This document shows positions 28,266 through 36,800 of a DNA stretch of 64,000 bases, piece after piece. The DNA comes from a virus. The notes under the pieces are model-generated. The model made no database searches and had not been told where the DNA came from. It was given only the letters and a program-made list of their open reading frames with translations. The stretch lies in UHGV virus genome UHGV-0212524, one strand, 5' to 3'. Position 1 is the first letter of the stretch. Every line of letters begins with the position of its first letter. Made by a program: the position numbers and the translations under genes.

Positions 28266-29562
28266 TATTTGCCTCAGTAGGTTGTGCATTTAACGCACGT
28301 TTAGCTTGCTCACGCTCACGCGTACATTTCGGACAGTAACAAACAGACGAATCGTGCAGTGACGATGCGTGGACGGTGCCTGTACGTTGACGCCAGTATT
28401 CTGCCGCCATCAGTTTTGCGGTCGTCCAACCACATTGACGTCGTTCAGCGTGGTACGCCTTACGGTCTTCCAGTGTCCCTTCACCGTTTTCGTAGGAAGC
28501 AGCTGCACAGCTCCCACAACCGTGTTTCATCGGACAACCTAAGCACGTTTCAGGATAGTTGGTGTATTGCGTCTGAATCTCTTCCAGCAGTTTCCCGCCG
28601 TCTAAGCTAACAAACTCACGACCGACTAACTCAAACACCGCAGAGCGTGACGTTACCGTTGACATGAATCGGTTACAACCATACACCTTACGGTCAAAAC
28701 CTAAACAAGTCATAAACGTCAACGTCCCACAGAACGGACGTAAACGTTCAGGGTTATAACGGTGCGTGTCGTCGTACAGCAGTTTATCACGCCAATCTGG
28801 GTCCCAAATCTGACGGAAATCCAGACCTTCAGGAATGATGTGGGACAACACGTTACGTGGATTGGTGTGCAGCCCTTTCTCAATCCAATAATCCATCACC
28901 TCGATCATCTGCAACGCAATATCCGTTGCCATGCTCCGTGGAAGGATATCTTCGTACGTCACGTTACCCGAAATCGTACCACCACCCGCAATATCGATTA
29001 ACGACTTCATACTCGCCGCGTAATGCGGGAGGGTTTCGGTTGTAAAGGTTGCCTTGATACCCAGTTCAGCAATACCCACTTCTTTTAAGTAGTTATAGCC
29101 ACGAACAGCGGCTTCGTAAGAACCCTGACGCGTCGTGGTAAAGATACGATAACGGTCATGGACTTCTGGCAGCCCGTCGATAGACACACCGATGGAGAGT
29201 TTGTCTTTCCAACGCTCGACGATCTCACGGTTTAACGGACGGTCTAACAACGTCCCGTTCGTGGAGATACTGAACATATACGGTCGATTATGCTCCTTAC
29301 ACAACTGTTCTGCGGTTTCAAACGCCGCTAACAGCAGTTTCGGTTGCATAAAAGGTTCGCCGCCGATGATATCAATAATGACGTCGATGTTCGGAATATC
29401 TTTATCACGCTCAAAACAGGCGTGTAAGAAATCCACGATATCCGCCGCTTTGTTATTACGCGGATACTTACGTTCGTAACAATACTCACAGTCTAAGTTA
29501 CAAGACAGGTTCGTTACCACCTGGTAAGTACGTTGTGAACGTGGTGCTTCATTATTGCTCAT
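28228..29562 (-). CDS. radical SAM enzyme with C-terminal SPASM-like Cys cluster
   Basis: 444 aa; CNLDCEYC (Cx3Cx2C) near N-terminus, GGEP motif, C-terminal CLGCPMKHGCGSC plus further Cys. Confidence 0.8.
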   Translation of the reverse strand: MSNNEAPRSQRTYQVVTNLSCNLDCEYCYERKYPRNNKAADIVDFLHACFERDKDIPNIDVIIDIIGGEPFMQPKLLLAAFETAEQLCKEHNRPYMFSISTNGTLLDRPLNREIVERWKDKLSIGVSIDGLPEVHDRYRIFTTTRQGSYEAAVRGYNYLKEVGIAELGIKATFTTETLPHYAASMKSLIDIAGGGTISGNVTYEDILPRSMATDIALQMIEVMDYWIEKGLHTNPRNVLSHIIPEGLDFRQIWDPDWRDKLLYDDTHRYNPERLRPFCGTLTFMTCLGFDRKVYGCNRFMSTVTSRSAVFELVGREFVSLDGGKLLEEIQTQYTNYPETCLGCPMKHGCGSCAAASYENGEGTLEDRKAYHAERRQCGWTTAKLMAAEYWRQRTGTVHASSLHDSSVCYCPKCTREREQAKRALNAQPTEANNEINSDPQFYEA

Positions 29563-30469
29563 CTTTGCTTATCCTTTTACGCTCTGCATAAATCACGCGT
29601 TTAATGTACTCGTAAGCACCTACCCCGATAGAGCAAGCAAGCTGATTGCACCCACCGTTTAAGATAGCCGGTGCATTCTGAAGCTGATGTTCTGTTCCAT
29701 CTGCGTTCAAATACAACTCTTCGCTACAGACATTACACTCGTTTTCGAAAATCTTGCTGACAGACACGCCGCACGATTCTCCGGTTTGGACGTTCAGCCG
29801 TTCCATATTCTCCTGAATCTTTAAATAACCATAAACGAAGTTCATGATGTGATCGGGAGACAACGGTTTTGGCATTTGGGCATCAAACATCAGAGAAAAC
29901 GCACGGGGACGATAGTGGTACATCGCACGATGTAAATCCACAATATCTTCATACCAGCGCTTATCGGCTAACTGGTCACGCGTAATCACAGCCCAGGTTT
30001 GGAAGTTATCGAGTTCGTATAACGCTTCCAGTGCTTCGTGGCTATCCTCTTCAATAAAGCGCATAAAAGGGCGCTCAGAACGTTTGTAGCCATCAATTGA
30101 TACAAACACATGCTCAAAGTCTTTTAGCAGCGTAAGATGCGATTTACGCAGTTTTAAGCCGTTGGTATACAAGTGATGCTCAAGGTGCGGATGAGACACT
30201 TTCAGTTCGTTAACGAAATCCTCAATCTTACGTTGGACGAGTAGCGGTTCACCACCCGTCCAATGTATTTCCTTAATAGCTGGATTCTCTTGTAGTAATT
30301 CCAGGATACGTTCGCGTTGAAAAGCACGAGACGAATCTTCACGATTCATGTAGTAGGCTCCACCGCAGAAACTACAGTCTAGGTTACACTTAGACGTCGT
30401 AACTACGGACAATATAGTGGGTTTATCGTACAACTTCGTCGAGATCCTGGATTCCACATTGTCTATCAT
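29552..30469 (-). CDS. radical SAM enzyme (second, shorter; possible twitch/partial SPASM)
   Basis: 305 aa; CNLDCSFC (Cx3Cx2C), TGGEPLL, C-terminal Cys (C..CNVC..GGCNQLAC); 11-nt overlap with next gene. Confidence 0.75.
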   Translation of the reverse strand: MIDNVESRISTKLYDKPTILSVVTTSKCNLDCSFCGGAYYMNREDSSRAFQRERILELLQENPAIKEIHWTGGEPLLVQRKIEDFVNELKVSHPHLEHHLYTNGLKLRKSHLTLLKDFEHVFVSIDGYKRSERPFMRFIEEDSHEALEALYELDNFQTWAVITRDQLADKRWYEDIVDLHRAMYHYRPRAFSLMFDAQMPKPLSPDHIMNFVYGYLKIQENMERLNVQTGESCGVSVSKIFENECNVCSEELYLNADGTEHQLQNAPAILNGGCNQLACSIGVGAYEYIKRVIYAERKRISKDEQ

Positions 30470-30489
30470 TGCAGGTTGCTCCAGTATTT

Positions 30490-31377
30490 TTAAATATAAT
30501 CGATGGCGAATAAAGGATCTTCGTCGAAGTTAACACCGGGTTTTAAAATCAGTGGCGAATTATACGCTTCCAGTAAACGGTTAAGTTCGTTGTAGCGGCT
30601 ATTCATCCGTTTGAGGTCTTCTAAGGTCACAACACGGTCAAGCATCGGCTTAACTGCTTCGGCTTCTTCGTCAGTCAGTTTAACTTTCGACAGCAAGAAG
30701 CTGACGAGTTTGGAAATGTCCGCTTCGGTAGCTGGGCTCTGACCAAAACGTACCTGAACCATATGCTGCATCCACGGTTTACGAATGCGTTTCGTAATCA
30801 CGTGTTCGTCAGTGATGGCTTTCCAAACCGAACGTTCACGAATCCATTCGAACTTATAGCTGTACGCCATTAAGTCGGCCAGATGCGTAATTCCGAGTTC
30901 TTGATAGCCTTCAATATCGATATACGGTTCCGTATCAAAATACTCTTTGGTATCTTTTTCAACCAACGCGTAATAGTTAGGGAACGCACCCAGGTAGTCT
31001 GGACTCCACCAACGACGGGCCATTGGTTTAGCATCGAGTTCTTCAAACGGTGTGAACATAAGTTCTAAGTCAACTGTATTATTTAACACACCGTCGCTAA
31101 AGAAATATTTACCGTCGATAAGTTTACCGCGTTGTGAGTTGTCACCGGTAAAGACAACGATGCTTTCGCCAACCATATCACGAATTTTGAACGTATTCTC
31201 AACCGTAAAGTTGTCACGATTAGCGATATGACGACCACGCACTTTCGGCCATTCCCCAGGAATCATGGCAATTAAGCGTACATCATCAGCAAGATGGTGA
31301 CGTACCGAATCAGGGGAAGAGATGTGAAGTGGATGATTGAACGTTGTCGTATATGCAAGATGTAGATCGTTCTTCAT
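30490..31377 (-). CDS. hypothetical protein between Cys-rich peptide genes and radical SAM enzymes
   Basis: 295 aa; GGAG RBS; no recognisable motif. Confidence 0.6.
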   Translation of the reverse strand: MKNDLHLAYTTTFNHPLHISSPDSVRHHLADDVRLIAMIPGEWPKVRGRHIANRDNFTVENTFKIRDMVGESIVVFTGDNSQRGKLIDGKYFFSDGVLNNTVDLELMFTPFEELDAKPMARRWWSPDYLGAFPNYYALVEKDTKEYFDTEPYIDIEGYQELGITHLADLMAYSYKFEWIRERSVWKAITDEHVITKRIRKPWMQHMVQVRFGQSPATEADISKLVSFLLSKVKLTDEEAEAVKPMLDRVVTLEDLKRMNSRYNELNRLLEAYNSPLILKPGVNFDEDPLFAIDYI

Positions 31378-31498
31378 TGATTACTCCAATTATTTCACGG
31401 GTAGTATCTTTAGCGTCTAGCTCAGACCCAACATAAACAGCAGCTTTGTTATCAAGGATGGTTTCGAAGGGCTTGGTATGGAACCACCACCAGAAGAC

Positions 31499-31708
31499 TT
31501 ACCTGCCTCCCCCTGCACCTTTACTACAGCTACCACTGCACGCCCAGCTACAACTCCCATTACAGTTATAGTGAGTTAACGGTAATCCTGCCAAGTTATT
31601 CGTTGAGGACACCGTACCCTGATTAGCAATATAGTTATTCGCATCTGTGGTTTTAATGTAGCCTTCAACCTGACCGATTCTGTCTCGAATATTTTTGAGG
31701 GAAATCAC
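31499..31708 (-). CDS. Cys-rich precursor-like peptide C (leader + short CxxxC core)
   Basis: 69 aa; GTG start with AGGAGGTGA RBS; leader MISLKNIRDRIGQVEG...; core YNCNGSCSWACSGSCSKGAGGGR. Confidence 0.7.
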   Translation of the reverse strand: MISLKNIRDRIGQVEGYIKTTDANNYIANQGTVSSTNNLAGLPLTHYNCNGSCSWACSGSCSKGAGGGR

Positions 31709-31718
31709 TTCTCACCTC

Positions 31719-32114
31719 CTATCGTCCTGTGCACGACGAGCAGCCACCGGTACAGCTACTGGAGCACGATGCTGTACAGCCGCCCGTACAAGTGCCCGAG
31801 CACGCATTAGCGCACCCACCCGAACAACTCCCCGAACACCCTGAACAGCTACTTGAACACCCTGACGTACAGTTTGCAGAGCATGAAGAACCGCAACCAC
31901 CAGACGCGTTCCCTGTACAGCCACCAGAGCAACTCGAGCAGGTAAAGGAACACGTGCCCGCACAGTCATAATGCGCACGATTCCGACCACCGAACAGGTC
32001 CGCGTTATTCGTGGCCTTATTGCGGATGTAGTTCTGTACACCTGTGGTGTTTTTCAGCGCGATACTATCGACGTTATTAAGACGTCTTACTAATTCAGCT
32101 AATCCAACCGCCAT
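31719..32114 (-). CDS. Cys-rich precursor-like peptide B (leader + long CxxxC-repeat core)
   Basis: 131 aa; AGGGGGA RBS; ~55-aa leader then ~75 aa of C/S/G/T/A/N with ~20 Cys mostly spaced Cx3C; ends GR. Confidence 0.7.
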   Translation of the reverse strand: MAVGLAELVRRLNNVDSIALKNTTGVQNYIRNKATNNADLFGGRNRAHYDCAGTCSFTCSSCSGGCTGNASGGCGSSCSANCTSGCSSSCSGCSGSCSGGCANACSGTCTGGCTASCSSSCTGGCSSCTGR

Positions 32115-32123
32115 TTCTTCCCC

Positions 32124-32516
32124 CTATCGACCAGAGCAACCGCCGGAGCAAGCACCCGAACAGTTATGCGAACAACGCCCAGTACAACTTCCAGTACAGG
32201 TACTTGTACAACTGCTAGAACAAGCCCCCGAGCAGCCAGAGCATCCCGAACAGTTGCCCCCACAGGACGAAGAGCAGCTACCCACGCACGACGCTGAACA
32301 GTTTCCTGAACAGCTCGAGCAACCGTGAGTACATCCGTTAGAACATGTCCACGAACACGCTCCTCCGCAGTCTAAACGCGAAGGCGTCCAACCGGAAAAC
32401 GAATCTGCCGCGTTATGCGCTTTCGATGCGACCTGCGCATTGACACGAGGGCCGGTAGCGACTGTATTTTCTACTGTGGTTAACCGATCGCGCATTTGTT
32501 TAACACTAATCGCCAT
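32124..32516 (-). CDS. Cys-rich precursor-like peptide A (leader + long CxxxC-repeat core)
   Basis: 130 aa; AAGGA RBS; leader MAISVKQMRDRLTTVEN...; core DCGGACSWTCSNGCTHGC...; ends GR. Confidence 0.7.
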   Translation of the reverse strand: MAISVKQMRDRLTTVENTVATGPRVNAQVASKAHNAADSFSGWTPSRLDCGGACSWTCSNGCTHGCSSCSGNCSASCVGSCSSSCGGNCSGCSGCSGACSSSCTSTCTGSCTGRCSHNCSGACSGGCSGR

Positions 32517-32540
32517 TACGCTTCCTTAAAATTAAAATAG

Positions 32541-32573
32541 AGGAGGAACCAGCCATAAGCATAGTTCCTCCTG
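32541..32573 (-). terminator. intra-operon hairpin (attenuator/terminator) between fibre gene and Cys-peptide genes
   Basis: AGGAGGAAC..GTTCCTCCT inverted repeat followed on the minus strand by a T-rich run, then RBS of peptide A. Confidence 0.5.
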
Positions 32574-32581
32574 TAATTAAA

Positions 32582-33787
32582 TTATTTCGTACCCGCTTCC
32601 GCCTGTACGTCATCACGAGACGTCAGGTTAGCGTTAACGTGTACTGGGGCCTGAACCACACCACCGTATCTCTTGTGGAGATAACCGGTGTGCGGGTTAT
32701 CTGCCGCGATGTGGTTTTGTAGGTTCTGGTTCGCTTGACTGATTGCGTTCGTGTTATTGTTAACTTGCTGTTTAAGCGCATCCAGGTTCTGTTGTACCTG
32801 ATCGATTTTCTGATCGGTTTCTTGACCCTGTTGCTCTAACGCGGCAACACGCTGAATAACCTGATTCAGTTTTGTGTTTAAATCGTTGATGCTCTTTTGC
32901 AGTTGTAACACTAACGAGTTCAGGTTCGCTAACGCTAAGGCCATTTTCTGGTAGTTTTGAGCAACCACGTTAAGTTGGTCGTTCCACGCTTCCAGAGAGT
33001 TGACAACAGCGTCAATACGCTTACCTAAAGCTTCGTCCGCTTTCTTCAGTGCATTGATTTCCGTAATCGTTGCGTCGATGGCAGACTGGACGTCACGAAT
33101 AAGCGCACGGATTTCAGTTTCTGTTAACCCGTTAACCTGATGAATATCAAGATGGTGAACGTTACCGGTTGCGTTGATGTGTGCATTTAAAGCGTCTAAG
33201 AAGTCATTTTTCAGGCTTTCTAAAATCGCTTTAATGTTCTCTAACTGTACCGCGTCACCGGAACTGATCGCATCTTTAATACCCGCCAATACGGTAATGA
33301 TATATTCAAAACCGTAGATGTCACCCACGTCTTTATACGTCGGTGCAGATGGGAATGTATCCGGTACGTTACGCAGGTCTTTAAACGCAATCGTACGGTT
33401 ATCGAGGTTTAATTCAGCAATCGCCTGTTCGATAGCCACAATGTTCGCAGACTGTGGACCACCAACGACCTGCGCAGATACCGTAATATCTGTTGGAATC
33501 GCTGTGTTAGTGACCACCACCGCCATAACAATCTCGCGGTTTTTAGTCAGCTTTTCATAAGTCGGGTGTGCAAAAATCAACTCATAATCGGTACCACGTT
33601 CGTAGGTTGCATCCGGTCGGTTAGCAACACGTAAACGGAACGTGTCCGCAAAGAACGGGCCGTCAGGAAAAGCAAAAGCACGGTTTACTTTACCTGTACC
33701 TAACGTAATCTGACGCTCTACAGCGTTAGACGTTAGCGAGCCCGTTAAATCTAAAGGATATTGATAAACAATGGAGGCCATGGCCAC
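32582..33787 (-). CDS. tail fibre-like protein with coiled-coil C-terminal half
   Basis: 401 aa; N-terminal FPDGPFF..RLRV....TDYEL module shared with three upstream giants; Q/N/L-rich coiled coil. Confidence 0.7.
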   Translation of the reverse strand: MAMASIVYQYPLDLTGSLTSNAVERQITLGTGKVNRAFAFPDGPFFADTFRLRVANRPDATYERGTDYELIFAHPTYEKLTKNREIVMAVVVTNTAIPTDITVSAQVVGGPQSANIVAIEQAIAELNLDNRTIAFKDLRNVPDTFPSAPTYKDVGDIYGFEYIITVLAGIKDAISSGDAVQLENIKAILESLKNDFLDALNAHINATGNVHHLDIHQVNGLTETEIRALIRDVQSAIDATITEINALKKADEALGKRIDAVVNSLEAWNDQLNVVAQNYQKMALALANLNSLVLQLQKSINDLNTKLNQVIQRVAALEQQGQETDQKIDQVQQNLDALKQQVNNNTNAISQANQNLQNHIAADNPHTGYLHKRYGGVVQAPVHVNANLTSRDDVQAEAGTK

Positions 33788-33821
33788 TCTCCTTTATTCG
33801 AGACGTCCTTGTCTCGAGTCA

Positions 33822-36800
33822 TTAAGATGTAAACATAAGATTGAACTGGAGTTTGTCGATATCGCGAGTTTCCGCCGGATTCACGGCATCGTACGCGGTC
33901 GCTACGTAAACGGTTAGCGTACCGTTAGCGTAAGACGATTTCACCGGTGGGTTAGTTCCGGTCTGACCATCTCGGACAATGAGCGTAGGTTCACTCGGGA
34001 GATTGTCAAACTGACCCTTGACCGCTTTATACACCAAACCAGATTGCGCAGCCAGTTCAGTGTCCGTAAAGACAAAGAACGGTGTGTCGATATCAGCCTG
34101 CTTGACGATGGTGTTCGATTCAACGTCAATCAACTGTACCGCCCCAAACTTCGTACGATAACTTTCATACTCGTTCTTCGGAATAACGAACGTGACATGA
34201 ACACGAACCTCCTCGGCAGGTTTAAACCCACTGTGCTCTTTTTCCAGGTACTGGTTGGCGGTTAACGTTACCGTTTGTTCAGTCATCGTACCACCGGCCT
34301 GGTTTAATGCATACCGAGCTTCAACAATACCGGTTGGTGCAGCAAGTCGTAGTTTCAGAGCACGATTCGCCGTTCCTGGATTACCTGGCACCTGAACACG
34401 CAAACTCAATGCTAAGTAAGCATTCGTTCCGGTAGTCGGTTTCGTATACGCACCAATCCATTTCATGTTCGCAGACGCTGCCTGCATGTTCTCAGAAGCA
34501 GTGGCTGTCGCAATGTTAGCAGCTACCGCTTTCTGCCAGAATTGGTCAGCGCAGTTCTCATACGCTACCCTGGCCACGCTCTTATAACCCGAATACGTTT
34601 CCTGAATTGGTAACTTAGGACGCGTCGTAATGCCGGACAGTGAACCCCATTTCTGACCGTCAACATACCCTTCACCTTTCGACGCAGACGCCGTAGGTGC
34701 TTTAACGGGCTTGTTAACCAGTGTTAATAGAGGACCCGTCTTTCTGTCAAACGCTGCTGCTACATCGTGTTGGTCGATAATTGCTGCGTGGTCTTCCAGT
34801 TCTTTCACACGACCCAAACGTTTTACTTTGTCGATACTGATACCAGTAATACGGCTGGAATCGGTGGTTACTGTCCCAACGAACAGTCTTGTTGAGGTAT
34901 CGGCTAACTGCTCCAAACCGATGCGGTATTGCGCGGTAGAACCCGACACCTCAGCGTGCACGTAGAACGTCTGGTTAGCGTGATTGGATGGGAACTCACT
35001 GCTTAAATCCACAGACCACGTTGGGAGTGTGTAACTGCTGCTACCGAAATCTAATTTGACTTCTTCTGTCAAATACAGAATCCAACCTTCCGCTGTTTCC
35101 ACACCGGCAATAATAACCGCCTGACCTCCGGTTGAGAACGTCGTGTCGTTAACGAACTCTGCGGCTGTATACGCGTTACCTGAACAGAAAACACGGTCAG
35201 CTTTAGAGTAAATCAACGCCATCTTGTCCCAATCACCGGCACCCATATAGCACCCAGATTCTGGTCTATGTTCAGGGGCCATCTGCCGTAACTGTGATTT
35301 ACCTGCAACGCGTGTCCAACCTGAACCAGGGTCGAAGGTATATTTAGCAGCGTAGCCCAGGGCGTTTAAGTCCCCGATATTTCGGGTAGTTAACGTATAA
35401 GGTAACCAGATACCGAAGTTAGTTCCATCCGCAGATGCAAAAATAGGCTGCCCCACGCGCCTCGTTTTACCTCCCGCTCCCCCATTTAGTGACTGATAAC
35501 TTAAACCATAATCGAGGTCTAAGAACCAGTCCACCAACTTAAAGGTGGCTGAGTTGAAACGTAAGTAGCCGTTCTCTTTAGATGGGCTCACCATGAAGTA
35601 ATAGATGTCAAGAATTCGACGTCCGTTACTTGAGGTTTTCATGCACGAAACTTGCAACAAGTCAAATTCGCACACGGTGTTGATACCCAACATCCAAAGA
35701 GCAAACAATGCATTACCGGTTTGATGTGCAGCACTAATACGTTCGTTCGCGTAACCATTTGCTTGACCAGATGGCGCACCGTCAACGATCATCCGAATCA
35801 TTTTCTGCCGATCGGCTTCTTCTAGCGTTAAGCGTTCGGAAGACAATGCGAAGTTACCGTAGATGTTACGATACGGGAACGTTTCTGCTTTGGTCAAATA
35901 CCAGCCGTTCAACTGTCCATGACGCTCCTCAGGGATCATGCACGCAGCCATACAGCTAAGCTGCTCGTAAAGCGTTGGATCGACTTCACGACGGTTGTTG
36001 TTCGGACCGTACCCACTATACCCAGAAACATCGTAAGGTTTGTTCGGATCAACTTCCACTTCGATCGTGTAACGGTTACGAGGGTTCGATAACCAGACCT
36101 TATTCGAACCACCAATCCCTACTGGATAAGACAAACCGATGGTGTAAATGGAGCCACGGCCTTTATCCCAGGTAAACGTTCCTTCGCCCGAGGTGTTGTT
36201 TGGGTTATCGTAACGCAGATAATCGAAAAGCTCTCTGCCTTGTGTACTCTTAATAGAAACATTAGGCATTTGGTCCGCATCGGCAATTTGCCAACAGGAA
36301 AGCATCATTCCTGTACCGTTGGGTTTAGCATACGTCGCGAAACAACGGTTGTTTGCCTGGCCACCACCCCACTTACGATTGGTTCCTACAGTTGAACCAT
36401 CTGCGAACGAGAGTGTAGTAGTAGCATCAGCCTTGATGGGGAAGCGTTCGCGGCCTTCTAACGTAACCTTGCCCGTCAACGTATCGATTGTAAAACTTGT
36501 TGCCCATTGAAGGAAATTAATCGTCGTACCGTCGGCCGCTGCAAACCACACGGTAGGCATATGGTTCACACGAATCACGCTATCGCGCACAGCACACGCG
36601 TGGTTACATTCTGGACCGTGAACAAAGTTACGCCCGATCGTCCATTTAGCACGACCCTCCGGTGTGAGATATGTAAAGAATTGACCCGTTTGCGACTCTT
36701 CGGTTTTCTGACCAATACGCAAGCAGAGGTTATCTCCGAATTGTCCCATCTCGCCGGTTAGAGTTACACGTTCAAATTCTAACGTAGTGTTAGTAGACAA

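Noticed and set aside
28228-30469. Radical SAM genes as NrdG (anaerobic RNR activase) or QueE (deazaguanine synthesis)
   Set aside because: Both proteins are much longer than those enzymes, carry GGEP plus C-terminal auxiliary Cys clusters, and sit beside three Cys-rich leader peptides rather than nrdD or que genes. This is not fully excluded without HMM searches.
31712-32328. ORFs on both strands overlapping the Cys-rich peptide genes (31712..32041 minus in another frame; 31729..31971 and 32044..32328 plus, giving Pro/Glu/Gln-rich translations)
   Set aside because: They are alternative-frame and antisense readings of the repetitive TGC/AGC/GGC-rich coding sequence. Only the frames giving leader + CxxxC cores have RBSs and proper tandem organisation.
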